Shown piece by piece: positions 1-9,825 of a stretch of DNA of 20,000 nt. The stretch lies in the sequence record SRR20825010_1566, one strand, 5' to 3'. Position numbers and translations under genes: made by a program. The notes under the pieces were generated by a model, which was not told the DNA's origin, did no database searches, and saw nothing but the letters and a program-made list of their open reading frames with translations. Every line of letters starts with the position of its first letter. Positions within the stretch are counted from its first letter, which is position 1.

Positions 1-2452
1 TGCCGAAGAAGCGATGGAGAAATTCCTCAAGCTGATGGCGGCAGAGCCGGATATCGCGCGTGTGCCGGTGATGATCGACAGTTCCAAATGGTCGGTGATC
101 GAGACAGGCCTCAAATGTGTGCAGGGCAAGGCGGTGGTCAATTCCATCAGCCTAAAGGAAGGTGAGGAGCCTTTCATTGCGCAAGCGAAACGAATATTGC
201 GTTATGGCGCCGCCGTGGTGGTGATGGCGTTTGATACCAAGGGGCAGGCGGACACCATTGAGCGCAAGTTCGGTATCTGTAAACGCTCTTACGATATTCT
301 GGTGAACGAGGTTGGGTTTCCGCCTGAGGATATTATCTTTGACCCGAACATCTTCGCAGTCGCCACCGGCATTGAAGAGCACGACAATTACGGTGTCGAC
401 TTCATTGAAGCCACACGATTGATAAAGCAGAATTTGCCGCATGCCAAAGTGTCGGGTGGTGTGTCCAACATCTCCTTCTCCTTCCGGGGCAACAACCCGG
501 TGCGGGAGGCGATGCACAGCGTATTCCTTTATCACGCCATTCGTGCGGGCATGGATATGGGCATTGTGAACGCAGGCCAGCTCACGGTATACTCTGACAT
601 TCCTCCGGAGCTGAAGGAACGGGTAGAGGACGTGATCCTCAACCGCCGGTCAGATGCTACGGAACGCCTGCTTGAAATTGCTGACCAGTTCAAAGGGCAA
701 GGTGGTATCGCCCGCGTGGAAGACCTATCCTGGCGCGAACAGCCGGTTGCCAAGCGGCTGGAGCATGCGCTCGTCAAAGGCATTGCGGATTATATCATTG
801 AGGATACGGAAGAAGCCCGGCAGATGTTTGCCCGCCCGATCGAGGTGATCGAAGGCCCGCTGATGGACGGTATGAACGTGGTGGGTGACCTGTTTGGCGC
901 GGGTGAGATGTTCCTGCCGCAAGTGGTGAAATCCGCCCGTGTGATGAAGCAGTCGGTGAATTACCTGCAACCCTATATTGAAGCCGAGAAAGCTGAAGGC
1001 GCAAAAGCCAAAGGCAAGATCGTGATGGCGACAGTTAAAGGCGACGTACACGATATTGGAAAAAACATCGTCGGCGTGGTGCTGCAGTGTAATAATTTTG
1101 AGGTGATCGACCTTGGCGTGATGGTGCCATGGTCTGACATCCTAAAGGCTGCGAACGACCACGGCGCGGATATGATTGGCCTGTCTGGCCTGATCACACC
1201 AAGTCTTGATGAAATGGTCACGGTCGCGCACGAGATGGAACGCTCCGGCTTCAGCACACCGCTTTTGATTGGTGGTGCCACAACAAGCCGGGTGCATACG
1301 GCGGTGAAGATCGCGCCGGAATACTCAGGTGCTGTGACCCATGTGCTGGATGCTTCCCGCGCGGTGGGTGTGGCCAGCACGCTGGTGTCCGAGGGCATGC
1401 GCGCTGATTTTGTCGCCAAGGTGAAAGCCGAGTATGACGATATCCGGCAAAAGCGCCTCGCTAACCCCAAGGTGAACCGGCTGGTGAGCCTGGAGGGCGC
1501 GCGCATCAACAAAGCGACCCCTGATTTTGAGGGCTTCACACCTGTGCGCCCTGCCTTTACCGGTACGCGGGTGTTTGATGATTATCCGCTGGAGGAACTG
1601 GTTGAACGCATTGACTGGACACCGTTCTTCCGCACGTGGGAGCTGGCGGGCAATTATCCTGCTATCCTTGAAGACAAGGTCGTGGGCGAAAGCGCGCGCA
1701 GCCTGTTCGCGGACGCAAAAGCCATGCTCAAACAGATTGTGGATGAGAAGTGGTTGACTGCTAAAGCTGTTGTAGGGTTCTGGCCGGCAAATGCGGACGG
1801 GGATGATGTGGTGCTTTATACCGGGGATAACCGGTCTGAAGAGCTTACACGCGTTCATTTTCTCCGGCAGCAGGTGCAGAAACGCGAAGGCCGTGCGAAT
1901 GATTGTCTGGCAGACTTTGTGGCCCCTGTGGGCACAAAACCTGACTGGTTTGGTGGTTTTGCGGTTACGACAGGCCACGGTATCGAAAAACATCTGGCGC
2001 GCTTCAAGGCAGCGCATGACGACTATAATGATATCCTCCTCAAAGCGTTGGCTGACCGTCTGGCCGAAGCTTTTGCCGAGCGCATGCATGAGCGGGTACG
2101 CAAGGAGTTCTGGGGCTACGCGCCAGATGAAAGCCTCACGAATGTGGAGCTGATCAAGGAGCGTTATCAAGGCATTCGCCCCGCTCCCGGCTATCCGGCA
2201 TGCCCGGACCACTCTGAAAAGCCTGAGCTGTTCCGGCTTTTGGATGCGGAGGCCGAGGCAGGTATCAAGCTCACGGAGAGTTTCGCCATGATGCCGACGG
2301 CAGCAGTGTCCGGCTATTATTTCGCCCACCCTGAAGCGCACTATTTTGGTGTTGGCAAAGTGGGGGAAGATCAGGTGGCTGAGTATGCCGAGCGGCGCGG
2401 TGTGGACGTGGAGCAGATAAAACGCTGGATACGCCCGAACCTCGCGGATTAG
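1..2452 (+). CDS. metH: Cobalamin-dependent methionine synthase (5'-truncated; pterin-binding, B12-binding and reactivation domains)
   Basis: Frame is open from the window edge. Motifs: [39 protein letters not shown]12-binding [11 protein letters not shown] and SGLITPSL, C-terminal [12 protein letters not shown]. Stop TAG at 2450-2452. Confidence 0.98.
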   Translation, partial: AEEAMEKFLKLMAAEPDIARVPVMIDSSKWSVIETGLKCVQGKAVVNSISLKEGEEPFIAQAKRILRYGAAVVVMAFDTKGQADTIERKFGICKRSYDILVNEVGFPPEDIIFDPNIFAVATGIEEHDNYGVDFIEATRLIKQNLPHAKVSGGVSNISFSFRGNNPVREAMHSVFLYHAIRAGMDMGIVNAGQLTVYSDIPPELKERVEDVILNRRSDATERLLEIADQFKGQGGIARVEDLSWREQPVAKRLEHALVKGIADYIIEDTEEARQMFARPIEVIEGPLMDGMNVVGDLFGAGEMFLPQVVKSARVMKQSVNYLQPYIEAEKAEGAKAKGKIVMATVKGDVHDIGKNIVGVVLQCNNFEVIDLGVMVPWSDILKAANDHGADMIGLSGLITPSLDEMVTVAHEMERSGFSTPLLIGGATTSRVHTAVKIAPEYSGAVTHVLDASRAVGVASTLVSEGMRADFVAKVKAEYDDIRQKRLANPKVNRLVSLEGARINKATPDFEGFTPVRPAFTGTRVFDDYPLEELVERIDWTPFFRTWELAGNYPAILEDKVVGESARSLFADAKAMLKQIVDEKWLTAKAVVGFWPANADGDDVVLYTGDNRSEELTRVHFLRQQVQKREGRANDCLADFVAPVGTKPDWFGGFAVTTGHGIEKHLARFKAAHDDYNDILLKALADRLAEAFAERMHERVRKEFWGYAPDESLTNVELIKERYQGIRPAPGYPACPDHSEKPELFRLLDAEAEAGIKLTESFAMMPTAAVSGYYFAHPEAHYFGVGKVGEDQVAEYAERRGVDVEQIKRWIRPNLAD

Positions 2453-2484
2453 GGCTACCTGCAGGCACCTAAAATTCTTCTAAA

Positions 2485-2513
2485 TTGCATAAAATACACC
2501 TTCGCGTGATAAT
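2485..2513 (+). promoter_or_regulatory. Putative sigma70 promoter for the 2567-3147 gene pair
   Basis: TTGCAT (2485-2490), 17-nt spacer, GATAAT (2508-2513) in an AT-rich intergenic gap. Confidence 0.55.
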
Positions 2514-2519
2514 TGGCGT

Positions 2520-2537
2520 GCTGGCCTTAAGGCCAGC
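2520..2537. repeat. Perfect 18-bp palindrome (operator or RNA hairpin)
   Basis: GCTGGCCTTAAGGCCAGC is its own reverse complement, extendable by G-U pairs. It lies just downstream of the putative -10. Confidence 0.8.
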
Positions 2538-2566
2538 GCGTCATCAACATAGCAAGGAGGGGTGTT

Positions 2567-2839
2567 ATGGCAGACGTATCCGACGAGTTGATCGAACAGG
2601 TGATGGGTTCATTAGCCGACGACCGCTACAAGTGGCGCACCATTCGCGGTGTGGCCAAACAGGTTGACGCACCGGAAGATATGGTGCGGCATATTTTCAA
2701 GTTGAAAGAGGAGGACATCGTTCAGTCCTCCGTGCCGTCCACAAAGGGTGAAGATCTTTTCACACTCAGGGAAACCTTTTCGGCCAACACGAGCCTGGGG
2801 TCGCGTTTTCTGGGCGCTCTGAAAGGGAGGGCACGGTGA
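2567..2839 (+). CDS. Hypothetical 90-aa protein, probable winged-HTH fold
   Basis: Strong RBS AAGGAGG upstream of ATG. Pattern helix, RYKWRTIRGVAKQV, recognition-helix-like segment, beta wing (IVQS...GEDLFTLR). Fold is inferred. Confidence 0.75.
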   Translation: MADVSDELIEQVMGSLADDRYKWRTIRGVAKQVDAPEDMVRHIFKLKEEDIVQSSVPSTKGEDLFTLRETFSANTSLGSRFLGALKGRAR

Positions 2840-3147
2840 TGGACGGCTTTCTCTCAATCCCTGAGGCGGTGTGGTTCGCAACTGGCGGCGCGCTTGCCTA
2901 TAAGTCGCTCGATTTCCTTGAGCTTCACAAGTTGCCCAAAAGCCAATGGCCGAACTTCAGCTTGCTTTACTGGTTTGCTTTCCTGTTGCACGCGATCTTG
3001 GGCGGTGGTCTGGCTTATGTTTACCTGCGAGCCGGGCAAAACCTCGGGCCAATACTGGCGGTGAATATTGGTATCACCGCACCGTTTTTGTTGCGCACCA
3101 TCGCCAATCAGGCCGATAGCCCGATACAGGTGGACCCAGACGCCTGA
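2836..3147 (+). CDS. Hypothetical ~103-aa membrane protein (about 3 TM segments)
   Basis: GTGATG start overlaps the upstream TGA; RBS GGGAGG. Hydrophobic stretches AVWFATGGALAY, LLYWFAFLLHAILGGGLAYVYL, PILAVNIGITAPFLL. Confidence 0.8.
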   Translation: MMDGFLSIPEAVWFATGGALAYKSLDFLELHKLPKSQWPNFSLLYWFAFLLHAILGGGLAYVYLRAGQNLGPILAVNIGITAPFLLRTIANQADSPIQVDPDA

Positions 3148-3153
3148 CTGTTT

Positions 3154-4092
3154 CTAGTCGAGCGTGAAGAGGTCGAGGTCTTTGGCTGAAACAAGCGCGC
3201 CGTCATACCCGGCAGCGCGGATTTCCTGCACCAGATCTTCGTCTGATGTGCCCCAATATAGCTGGTGATACAGCACAAGCAGTTTGGGTTTTGCCTCATT
3301 CGCGATGGCGGCCAGTTCGCTGGCGGAGGTATGGAAGCTGGCGTGATATTTTTGCCAAACTGACTCGCGGCGGGCAAAGCCAGCATCTGAATAAACCTCA
3401 TGCACCAGAATATCAGCGCCTGTTGCGGCTTCAATCAGCTTGGGGCTCACGCGTGCGTCGCCTGAAATCACGATGGTTTTGCTGTTTGCCGAAACCTTGT
3501 AGCCGTAGGACTCTTTCCAACTGCCGTGCAGCACAGGAACAGCATCAATGCGGACGCCGCCTTCATCCAGAAGCCTATGCTCCTTACCAATCTCAACCAC
3601 GTCGACCTTGTGGCCCTCTGGCATGGCGGGTTCCAGTCCATTCAGGCGCAAATGCACATCTTCGCTGTACGCTGCGGTAAGATGCTTTGCCATCGCCCTC
3701 GTGCCTTTGGGGCCATAGAGTTTGAGTGGTACCGGGCGCTCTAGCACCCAAGAGGTGAAGATAAGATCAGGCAGGCCCACGGTGTGGTCTGAATGCAGGT
3801 GGGTGAGGAAGGCGGTGCGCAACTGGTCTGCGCCAAGGGCCGGAATGTTATGTTTCTGGCTGGCCGCTGCCGCGCGTCGCACAATGCCGGGGCCTGCATC
3901 AAAAATGAAGGACCTGTCCCCCACAACCACGGCAACCGCGGGGCCAGACCGCCCCGGGTCCGCATTCGGGGTGCCCGTGCCCAACATTACAAGCTGAAGT
4001 TTTGGGACTGTATTATCAGTCGTATTATCAGCCGCTTGCGCCCCTGTGCCCATAAGGCACAGCGCATAAAAGCATATAGCCAGATATTTCAT
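3154..4092 (-). CDS. Secreted metallo-beta-lactamase-fold hydrolase (RNase Z / AtsA arylsulfatase-like)
   Basis: LGTGTP, FDAGPG, THLHSDH, ISGD, LVHE, FHTS and LYHQ motifs. Signal peptide MKYLAICFYALCLMGTGAQA. Start moved to ATG 4092, which follows the RBS AAGGGGAGG. Confidence 0.9.
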   Translation of the reverse strand: MKYLAICFYALCLMGTGAQAADNTTDNTVPKLQLVMLGTGTPNADPGRSGPAVAVVVGDRSFIFDAGPGIVRRAAAASQKHNIPALGADQLRTAFLTHLHSDHTVGLPDLIFTSWVLERPVPLKLYGPKGTRAMAKHLTAAYSEDVHLRLNGLEPAMPEGHKVDVVEIGKEHRLLDEGGVRIDAVPVLHGSWKESYGYKVSANSKTIVISGDARVSPKLIEAATGADILVHEVYSDAGFARRESVWQKYHASFHTSASELAAIANEAKPKLLVLYHQLYWGTSDEDLVQEIRAAGYDGALVSAKDLDLFTLD

Positions 4093-4160
4093 GGTCCTGG
4101 ACCTCCCCTTCACCCTGGCGCCATTATGGCATGGGGCTTGGGGGCGGGAAAGACGGGATA

Positions 4161-4709
4161 TCAGCCCTCGGCGTCCATGGGGTGAAAGGCAATACCGTAG
4201 AGCACCATATCAACCACCTTGCCGTCCTTGGAAAGTGGCAGCGCCAGTACACTATAATGCTGGAAGTCTTTTGGGGCCCATAGCGCACGCACATTCGAGG
4301 CATAATAGGGCATGCCGGTTTTCACCAGTTCGCGAGAGCGTTCAACCATAACCTCGGTATGAGAGAAGCTGAGCCAGCTCTTGCCGGTAAGCTCTGCGCC
4401 AGCTTCTTCGGTGATGGCAGTGCCACAAATGCGGAAACGGAAGTCCTCGCCGCCGTCAATCACATCAGCAATGGCGATGTAGGGCAGGAGGGTCTTGATC
4501 TCTTTTGGTGCGATGTCGCGGCGGGCGGGGATGCGCCCCAGCGCTGTCTTCTTTGCAGACCAGAAGCCAAAAAGCTCTGACAATGTGGCATTGCGGATCA
4601 TTGCGCTTTCAGGCGCGATCTCATGCACGTTGTTAGTCTCAATAGGCGAAGTTGCCCGCTCGGGGGCAGCATCTTTGAACAGGCGGAAACCCGGCAACAT
4701 TTGCGGCAC
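4161..4709 (-). CDS. Stand-alone PAS-domain protein (PAS_5/DUF1457-like)
   Basis: LFGFW...PARRDIAP..IKTLLPYIAIADV...FRFRICGT...GAELTGK...LALPLSKDG matches the alphaproteobacterial PAS_5 pattern. Start is uncertain (GTG 4709 or ATG 4700). Confidence 0.8.
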   Translation of the reverse strand: MPQMLPGFRLFKDAAPERATSPIETNNVHEIAPESAMIRNATLSELFGFWSAKKTALGRIPARRDIAPKEIKTLLPYIAIADVIDGGEDFRFRICGTAITEEAGAELTGKSWLSFSHTEVMVERSRELVKTGMPYYASNVRALWAPKDFQHYSVLALPLSKDGKVVDMVLYGIAFHPMDAEG

Positions 4710-5056
4710 TCACTACTCGATACAAAACACATGTCCGCGCACTCTGCGTGGAAGCGCTACCACCTGACGGTTTATGGTGCATCAGGAAACACTGGTGGCG
4801 ATGCGCGAGGCAATACACCGCCTTGGCGTATGGTTAAAGACATTTAATCGTAATATTTAAAATTTTACGCAGTTTTCCGCCACTTTGTGGGGAACAAAGC
4901 ACGTACGAATAATATTGTTATGCTGACGCCATCGTAAGCGCAATAAACTGACGGATTAGAACAAACTATCGTTTATGTGCGCAGGGTGGTGTTTTAGGGT
5001 GTGACGTGGTTTCTTGACGCGATGGGGCACGCGTGTCCAGACCGGGGGAGAGATAC

Positions 5057-6646
5057 ATGAAACTATCGCGCTTATGCAGAGCCGTCCTTTTATGGGCTGT
5101 ATTTGGCCTGTCAGATATAGCCTCTGGGGTGCATGCGACGGAGCAGTGGGATTATCTAATCACAGGCGGCATGGTCTTTGACGGTACTGGCGGCCCAGGC
5201 GTGCCCGCCAGTGTGGGCGTGGATGACGGCCAGATAGTATATGTCGGCCCGGCCGATGCGGCGCACAGCGCAGACACGGTGGTGGACGCGCGCGGCCTTG
5301 TGGTGGCGCCGGGCTTTATTGACCCGCACACCCACGCGCTGGCGCTCAGCGGTGATGATGGCCCTGTCCCGCTTACTGGGTATCTAACCCAAGGTGTAAC
5401 AACGGTTTTTTCAGGCAATGATGGTGGCGGCCCGGTTGATATCGGTGGGACGCTCGCGAAGCTTGAGGCCCGAGGCCTTGGCGCCAACATGGCGCTTTAT
5501 ATCGGGCACGGTAACGTGCGGCGCAAGGTGATGGGCATGACCGCTCGTGCGCCGTCTGCTGAAGAGTTGGGCGCGATGGAAGTGCTGGTCTCAAAAGCCA
5601 TGCTAGGAGGAGCCTTTGGCCTCTCGACCGGTCTTTTTTATGCGCCGGGCAGTTTCGCGGAAACGGATGAGGTCATCGCACTTGCCCGTATTGCCGCAAA
5701 GCATGGCGGTATTTATGACAGCCATATCAGGGACGAAAGCAACTATGGTATCGGCCTCGTAGCGGCCGTTGATGAGGTGATCGAGATTGGCAGGCGAACT
5801 GACATCCCCGTGCATATCTCCCACATCAAAGCGCTGGGCGTGGATGTATGGGGCCTGAGCGCAGAGGTGATCGCGCATGTCGATAAAGCACGAGCGGAGG
5901 GTGTTGAGATTACCGCAGACCAGTACCCCTGGCGAGCGTCCGGCACTGGCATTGGTGCGTCGCTTGTGCCGCGCTGGGCTATGGCTGGCGGCAGGGAAGC
6001 CATGATCACGCGTTTTGATGCGCCCGAGACTGCCATGAGGATCCGCACAGAGATGCGTGAGAATATGCGCCGCCGGGGTGGGCCTGCATCGCTTCTGCTC
6101 ACCGGTGGTAGCGAAGACTGGCAGGGCATGACACTTGATGACTATGCGACATCACGTGGTGAAGACCCGATTGAGACGGCGCTGCATATCGTGCGGGAAG
6201 GTGACGCCAGCGTGGCATCCTTCAATATGAACGAAGATGATATCGAGGCTTTTATGAAACAGCCGTGGGTGATGACCGGGTCTGACGGCAGCGGGGGGCA
6301 CCCGCGCCTTTTTGCCAGTTTTCCGCGCAAATACCAGAAGTATGTGATTGAAGAAGGTGTGCTGACGCTAGCGGAATTTATCCAGAAGTCTACCTCGCTG
6401 GCGGCAGATGCGCTGGGCCTTGAAGGGCGCGGCCAGCTTAAGCCGGGGTATCATGCGGATATTGTGGTGTTCGACCCTGAAACCTATGCCCCGCGCGCCA
6501 CCTTTACCGAACCTACCCTTCTGTCAAACGGTGTGCGGTATCTGTTTGTGGGCGGTGCACCTGCCATATGGGGTGGTGAGGTGACGGGGGCAAGCCACGG
6601 CAAGGCGCTTCGGAGGCAGGCCGGTGAAGGGCAGCAGGGTGACTGA
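5057..6646 (+). CDS. Amidohydrolase, N-acyl-D-amino-acid deacylase (D-aminoacylase) family, probably exported
   Basis: APGFIDPHTH, GVTTV, GLSTGLFYAPG, SHIRDE, HISHIK, DQYPW, GSDG, HPR and G-ADIVVFDP motifs. Signal-like N-terminus. ATG 5057 follows GGGGGAG. Confidence 0.92.
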   Translation: MKLSRLCRAVLLWAVFGLSDIASGVHATEQWDYLITGGMVFDGTGGPGVPASVGVDDGQIVYVGPADAAHSADTVVDARGLVVAPGFIDPHTHALALSGDDGPVPLTGYLTQGVTTVFSGNDGGGPVDIGGTLAKLEARGLGANMALYIGHGNVRRKVMGMTARAPSAEELGAMEVLVSKAMLGGAFGLSTGLFYAPGSFAETDEVIALARIAAKHGGIYDSHIRDESNYGIGLVAAVDEVIEIGRRTDIPVHISHIKALGVDVWGLSAEVIAHVDKARAEGVEITADQYPWRASGTGIGASLVPRWAMAGGREAMITRFDAPETAMRIRTEMRENMRRRGGPASLLLTGGSEDWQGMTLDDYATSRGEDPIETALHIVREGDASVASFNMNEDDIEAFMKQPWVMTGSDGSGGHPRLFASFPRKYQKYVIEEGVLTLAEFIQKSTSLAADALGLEGRGQLKPGYHADIVVFDPETYAPRATFTEPTLLSNGVRYLFVGGAPAIWGGEVTGASHGKALRRQAGEGQQGD

Positions 6647-6649
6647 CAG

Positions 6650-7201
6650 ATGAAAATTGTCGTGCTTGATTTTGAAACCGCAGACACCGGCGCAGACAGC
6701 GCCTGCGCGCTCGGCCTTGTGACTATTGAACACGGCATCATTGTGGACGAGCGGGCATACCTTATCCGCCCACCCAGAAAGACGTTCCTGTTCACCGATA
6801 TTCACGGCCTTACATGGCAGGATGTTTGCCATTCTCCCACCTTCGAGGATTATATCCCCGAGCTGAATGCCTACCTTGCTGACGCGCAGTATATTGCGGC
6901 CCACAACGCGGGGTTCGACCGCAAGGTTTTACTCACAAGTTATGGCGCGGCGGGGCATAATCCGCCTTATATGGATACGCTCTGTACCGTAAAACTGGCG
7001 CGGCACGCCTGGGGCCTGAAACCAACAACCCTGCCGGATGTTTGTGGGTATTTTGGCATCAAACTTCAGCACCACGATGCACTTTCAGACGCCCGCGCCT
7101 GCGCCCAAATTCTTACCCATGCCATTGAGCAGGGGTTTCCCATTGGTCGGGCCAAACTGGGTGAGCCATCCTACCATGTGCCGGTTCGAACATACAGGTA
7201 A
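6650..7201 (+). CDS. DEDDh 3'-5' exonuclease (DnaQ/epsilon-like)
   Basis: ExoI VLDFETA, IHGLT, ExoII AHNAGFD, ExoIII HHDALSDA. Starts 3 nt after the amidohydrolase stop. Confidence 0.92.
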   Translation: MKIVVLDFETADTGADSACALGLVTIEHGIIVDERAYLIRPPRKTFLFTDIHGLTWQDVCHSPTFEDYIPELNAYLADAQYIAAHNAGFDRKVLLTSYGAAGHNPPYMDTLCTVKLARHAWGLKPTTLPDVCGYFGIKLQHHDALSDARACAQILTHAIEQGFPIGRAKLGEPSYHVPVRTYR

Positions 7202-7222
7202 GGGGCATGAGGGTAAGGGCGG

Positions 7223-7759
7223 CTAGAGGATAGCGTCATCCAGCAAAACACCGCTTTTTGAGACAGCAGGTTCCGTGCACTGGGCACGGTCGAAACAGCA
7301 AACCCTGCGTTTGCCGCCGGAGAGCATATCGCACGCGTTGGCAATGCGCTTTGCGCGGGTCGCAGCTGATTTTGTTGCTCGCATCCAGCGCACCCAGTCC
7401 CACCGGGCCATAGGGGTTGTATCCAGCCAGGTAGCGTAAGCGTCTGGCGTTGCTTCAAGTGCGGCCTTGAGGTCTGCTGGCACTTCTGGCTCGATCCAGT
7501 CCTTGCAGCTTTCTACCTCCAGCGTGACCCTATCACCAACTTGGGCGCCCGCCGCCTTGAGCATGCCCTTGTCCACATTCAGCCAGTGGCTTTTTTTACC
7601 GTCAGGCTCCAGCACGGTTTTAATCGGCGCGCCGTTCAGGGTGCCTTCCACCATTGTCACCCCGCGAGACGGCAGGCCCGCACTGGCTTCCTTGGGTAGG
7701 TGCACAAGGGTATGCTCCCCAATTTGAGAAAGCTGTGCTTCAACGCGGATGGCAGACAT
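7223..7759 (-). CDS. DUF1905 + YdeI/OmpD-associated family protein
   Basis: N-terminal beta domain (VEGTLNG...LEPDG..SHWL...GDRVTLEV) followed by EVPADLKAAL...W...TPMARWDWVRW...K...TRAKRI. Confidence 0.8.
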   Translation of the reverse strand: MSAIRVEAQLSQIGEHTLVHLPKEASAGLPSRGVTMVEGTLNGAPIKTVLEPDGKKSHWLNVDKGMLKAAGAQVGDRVTLEVESCKDWIEPEVPADLKAALEATPDAYATWLDTTPMARWDWVRWMRATKSAATRAKRIANACDMLSGGKRRVCCFDRAQCTEPAVSKSGVLLDDAIL

Positions 7760-7877
7760 ATGGGGCGGGCTCCTATTGACATGCTTGCGCCAGTTTATAA
7801 CCCCTGTGCTTTTGATGCTGCAAGCCCAAAGGCTCGCAGAAATCCCGTGCTTGGCCAGCTATCCGCTTGATGGAACG

Positions 7878-8816
7878 TCAAATACACAACTTGCTGATCT
7901 CTTCAATATGGTGTTGGTTGGTCCCACAGCATCCCCCTAGAACCCGAAGTCCAGGCAAGCGATTTTTCAGCTCCAGATACTGAAGGGCCAACTCACCTGG
8001 GTTGCCTGGGTCAAGTTCGGTCATGGCATCAAGCTCTGCATGACTGCACCGTGAGGCGTTGGCACGAACGCCTTTTATACGGGATGTCCACGCCCCATCT
8101 TGTTCCAGCACGTCAGTGAAGTGACTTGGGTGTGCACAGTTTACCATAAAATATACTGGTGCACGCTCGGTAGCAGTATCCACCGTATTGATGGCCAGCG
8201 CGAGCGCCTCCCCGGTTGGCAGGCGACCATCTGTCTCAACCGTGAAAGATATTGCCACTGGCACGCGTGCTGCCTTGGCGGCGTTAACAATTCCGACGGC
8301 TTCATTGATGTTGGTCATGGTAATCGCCGTGACCATATCAACATTGGTGTCAGCGAAGGTCCTGATCTGGCGTTGATGGTACCGCTCTGCTTCCTCGGCG
8401 CTCATTATCGCGCCCGGATCATAGCCATCACCTCGTGGTCCGATACATCCGCTGATCACAATGGGGCTCAGTGGAACTTCAAACTCTTCACGGAGCTCTT
8501 GCATAAGGGATACGGCGCGCCGGTTCAGGTCGTCCAGCTTTTCCATGCTGTAATCCAGCCGGGTAGCCCAATCAGGACTGGCCCGCCATGTGGGGCTTTC
8601 CAGAATAAAACCTGCATCTTTGGTTCTGGCGATGCTGATATACCGGTGATAGTAGCGCCGAAGTGCGGCATAGCCTTCATGGTTTCTAAGAAGGTCAAAA
8701 GCGGCAAAATAAGGAAGCTCAAGCCCGTCGTCATAAATCAGGCTGGTTTCAATTCCCCCATCGCTCAGGAATGTGATCTGCCCGAGCTGGGGCAGGCAGG
8801 TGCGATATTTACTCAT
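7878..8816 (-). CDS. Homocysteine S-methyltransferase family protein
   Basis: LSDGGIET, GCIGPRGDGY, ISFTVETDGRL, and Zn-ligand cysteines in VNCAHP and GGCCGT. RBS GAGGA upstream. Confidence 0.93.
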   Translation of the reverse strand: MSKYRTCLPQLGQITFLSDGGIETSLIYDDGLELPYFAAFDLLRNHEGYAALRRYYHRYISIARTKDAGFILESPTWRASPDWATRLDYSMEKLDDLNRRAVSLMQELREEFEVPLSPIVISGCIGPRGDGYDPGAIMSAEEAERYHQRQIRTFADTNVDMVTAITMTNINEAVGIVNAAKAARVPVAISFTVETDGRLPTGEALALAINTVDTATERAPVYFMVNCAHPSHFTDVLEQDGAWTSRIKGVRANASRCSHAELDAMTELDPGNPGELALQYLELKNRLPGLRVLGGCCGTNQHHIEEISKLCI

Positions 8817-8870
8817 TATAATTTCCTCGGTTGGTCGTGATCTCGGTTGTGATTTTTTAAGGCCTGATCA

Positions 8871-9593
8871 TCAGGCCATTTTTCGCCAGATTAGGAGCGA
8901 TAGAATTTTGAGCGTGCTGCCTTCAAAGAACCCGGCCTTGCCTGACCATCGTGTTGGGTTGACAAACGTACCAAAGACGATGTCGAAAAGCGGGATGTCA
9001 CCATAGTTGTTTGCGTGATGGTCGCGTTGGTGATGGACGGAGTGGCTTTCCGGGCGGGTAACGATGTAACCAAGCCAGCGAGGTGTTTTGATATTGCTGT
9101 GCTGAAACATGGAACAAAAGGCTGCCATGAGATTGACAATAGCAGCAGTGCCGCCATCAAGGCCAAATATGCCGACGAGCATGATGCTGGCGAGCAACGA
9201 CCAGCCAAGCATATCAAGCGGGTGGAAATAGAATGCGCCGTATATATCTACACGCTCTGCAGCATGATGTGTCTGGTGAAAGGTGCGCCATAGGAAATCA
9301 ACATTGTGCATACAGCGGTGCCAGACATAAATGCCGAACTGCAGGATGATGAATCCGGCAGGGACAGCGACCCAGGGGTCGAGGCTGGAGGCGTTGAAAA
9401 GGGTATAGGTACCAAGCCAATGATCCCACATCAGCGGCGCATATCCCGCAATAAAATAGTTAACGATCAAACTGAGCAGGCCAACAAGTGGCCAGCCAGC
9501 CACATGGGCAAAGCGCCGGGCGGGCATGAGAAAATCCAGAAGGCAGAAAATGCCAAACATGCCGATAAAGATTAAATCAAATTCACTCAACAT
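8871..9593 (-). CDS. Sterol desaturase / fatty acid hydroxylase family membrane protein
   Basis: His boxes YVWHRCMH, HQTHH, FQHSN and HSVHH, plus NYG...FDIVFGTF. Several hydrophobic segments. Confidence 0.92.
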   Translation of the reverse strand: MLSEFDLIFIGMFGIFCLLDFLMPARRFAHVAGWPLVGLLSLIVNYFIAGYAPLMWDHWLGTYTLFNASSLDPWVAVPAGFIILQFGIYVWHRCMHNVDFLWRTFHQTHHAAERVDIYGAFYFHPLDMLGWSLLASIMLVGIFGLDGGTAAIVNLMAAFCSMFQHSNIKTPRWLGYIVTRPESHSVHHQRDHHANNYGDIPLFDIVFGTFVNPTRWSGKAGFFEGSTLKILSLLIWRKMA

Positions 9594-9695
9594 TATGCAA
9601 ACCTCTTTTCATGGAACTCAAAACATGTCCGGTCGATATGAAGGCAGATGCCTTCCTCGCGGCCGCATTGTGTGAAATTGACCATGGGGTCCGCT

Positions 9696-9714
9696 AGTGA
9701 ACTCGTGGTTCAGT
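9696..9714. promoter_or_regulatory. Putative TetR operator 1 (desaturase side)
   Basis: AGTGAACT-CGT-GGTTCAGT, an imperfect inverted repeat with the same layout as the 9805-9825 site. Confidence 0.5.
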
Positions 9715-9804
9715 AAGCTGTTTTTATATTTCTTATTTTGTTTCAATCGCCTAAAAAGATCATAGGGTGCCAGCGCAGGGCGGATGGTGGCTCTGCTGTG
9801 TGAA

Positions 9805-9825
9805 AACTGCACCAAAGGTACAGTT
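9805..9825. promoter_or_regulatory. Putative TetR operator 2 (abuts tetR start codon)
   Basis: AACTGCACC-AAA-GGTACAGTT, inverted repeat with 8 of 9 arm positions matching, ending directly before ATG 9826. Confidence 0.6.

Noticed and set aside
1325-2341. 338-aa minus-strand ORF and other ORFs inside metH
   Set aside because: Antisense or alternate-frame shadows of a conserved gene, with no protein motifs.
6650-7201. DEDD nuclease as partner of the CorA-like protein, as in some SAM-AMP CRISPR loci
   Set aside because: About 4 kb away, on the opposite strand, operonic with the amidohydrolase, and it looks like an ordinary DnaQ-like protein.
8100-8840. 246-aa plus-strand ORF
   Set aside because: Antisense shadow of the homocysteine methyltransferase.
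8817-8877. SAM riboswitch or terminator upstream of the methyltransferase (GGCCTGA-TCA-TCAGGCC hairpin; CAACCGAG twice)
   Set aside because: Gap is short, I recognise no riboswitch consensus, and the hairpin lacks a U-tract on the coding strand.
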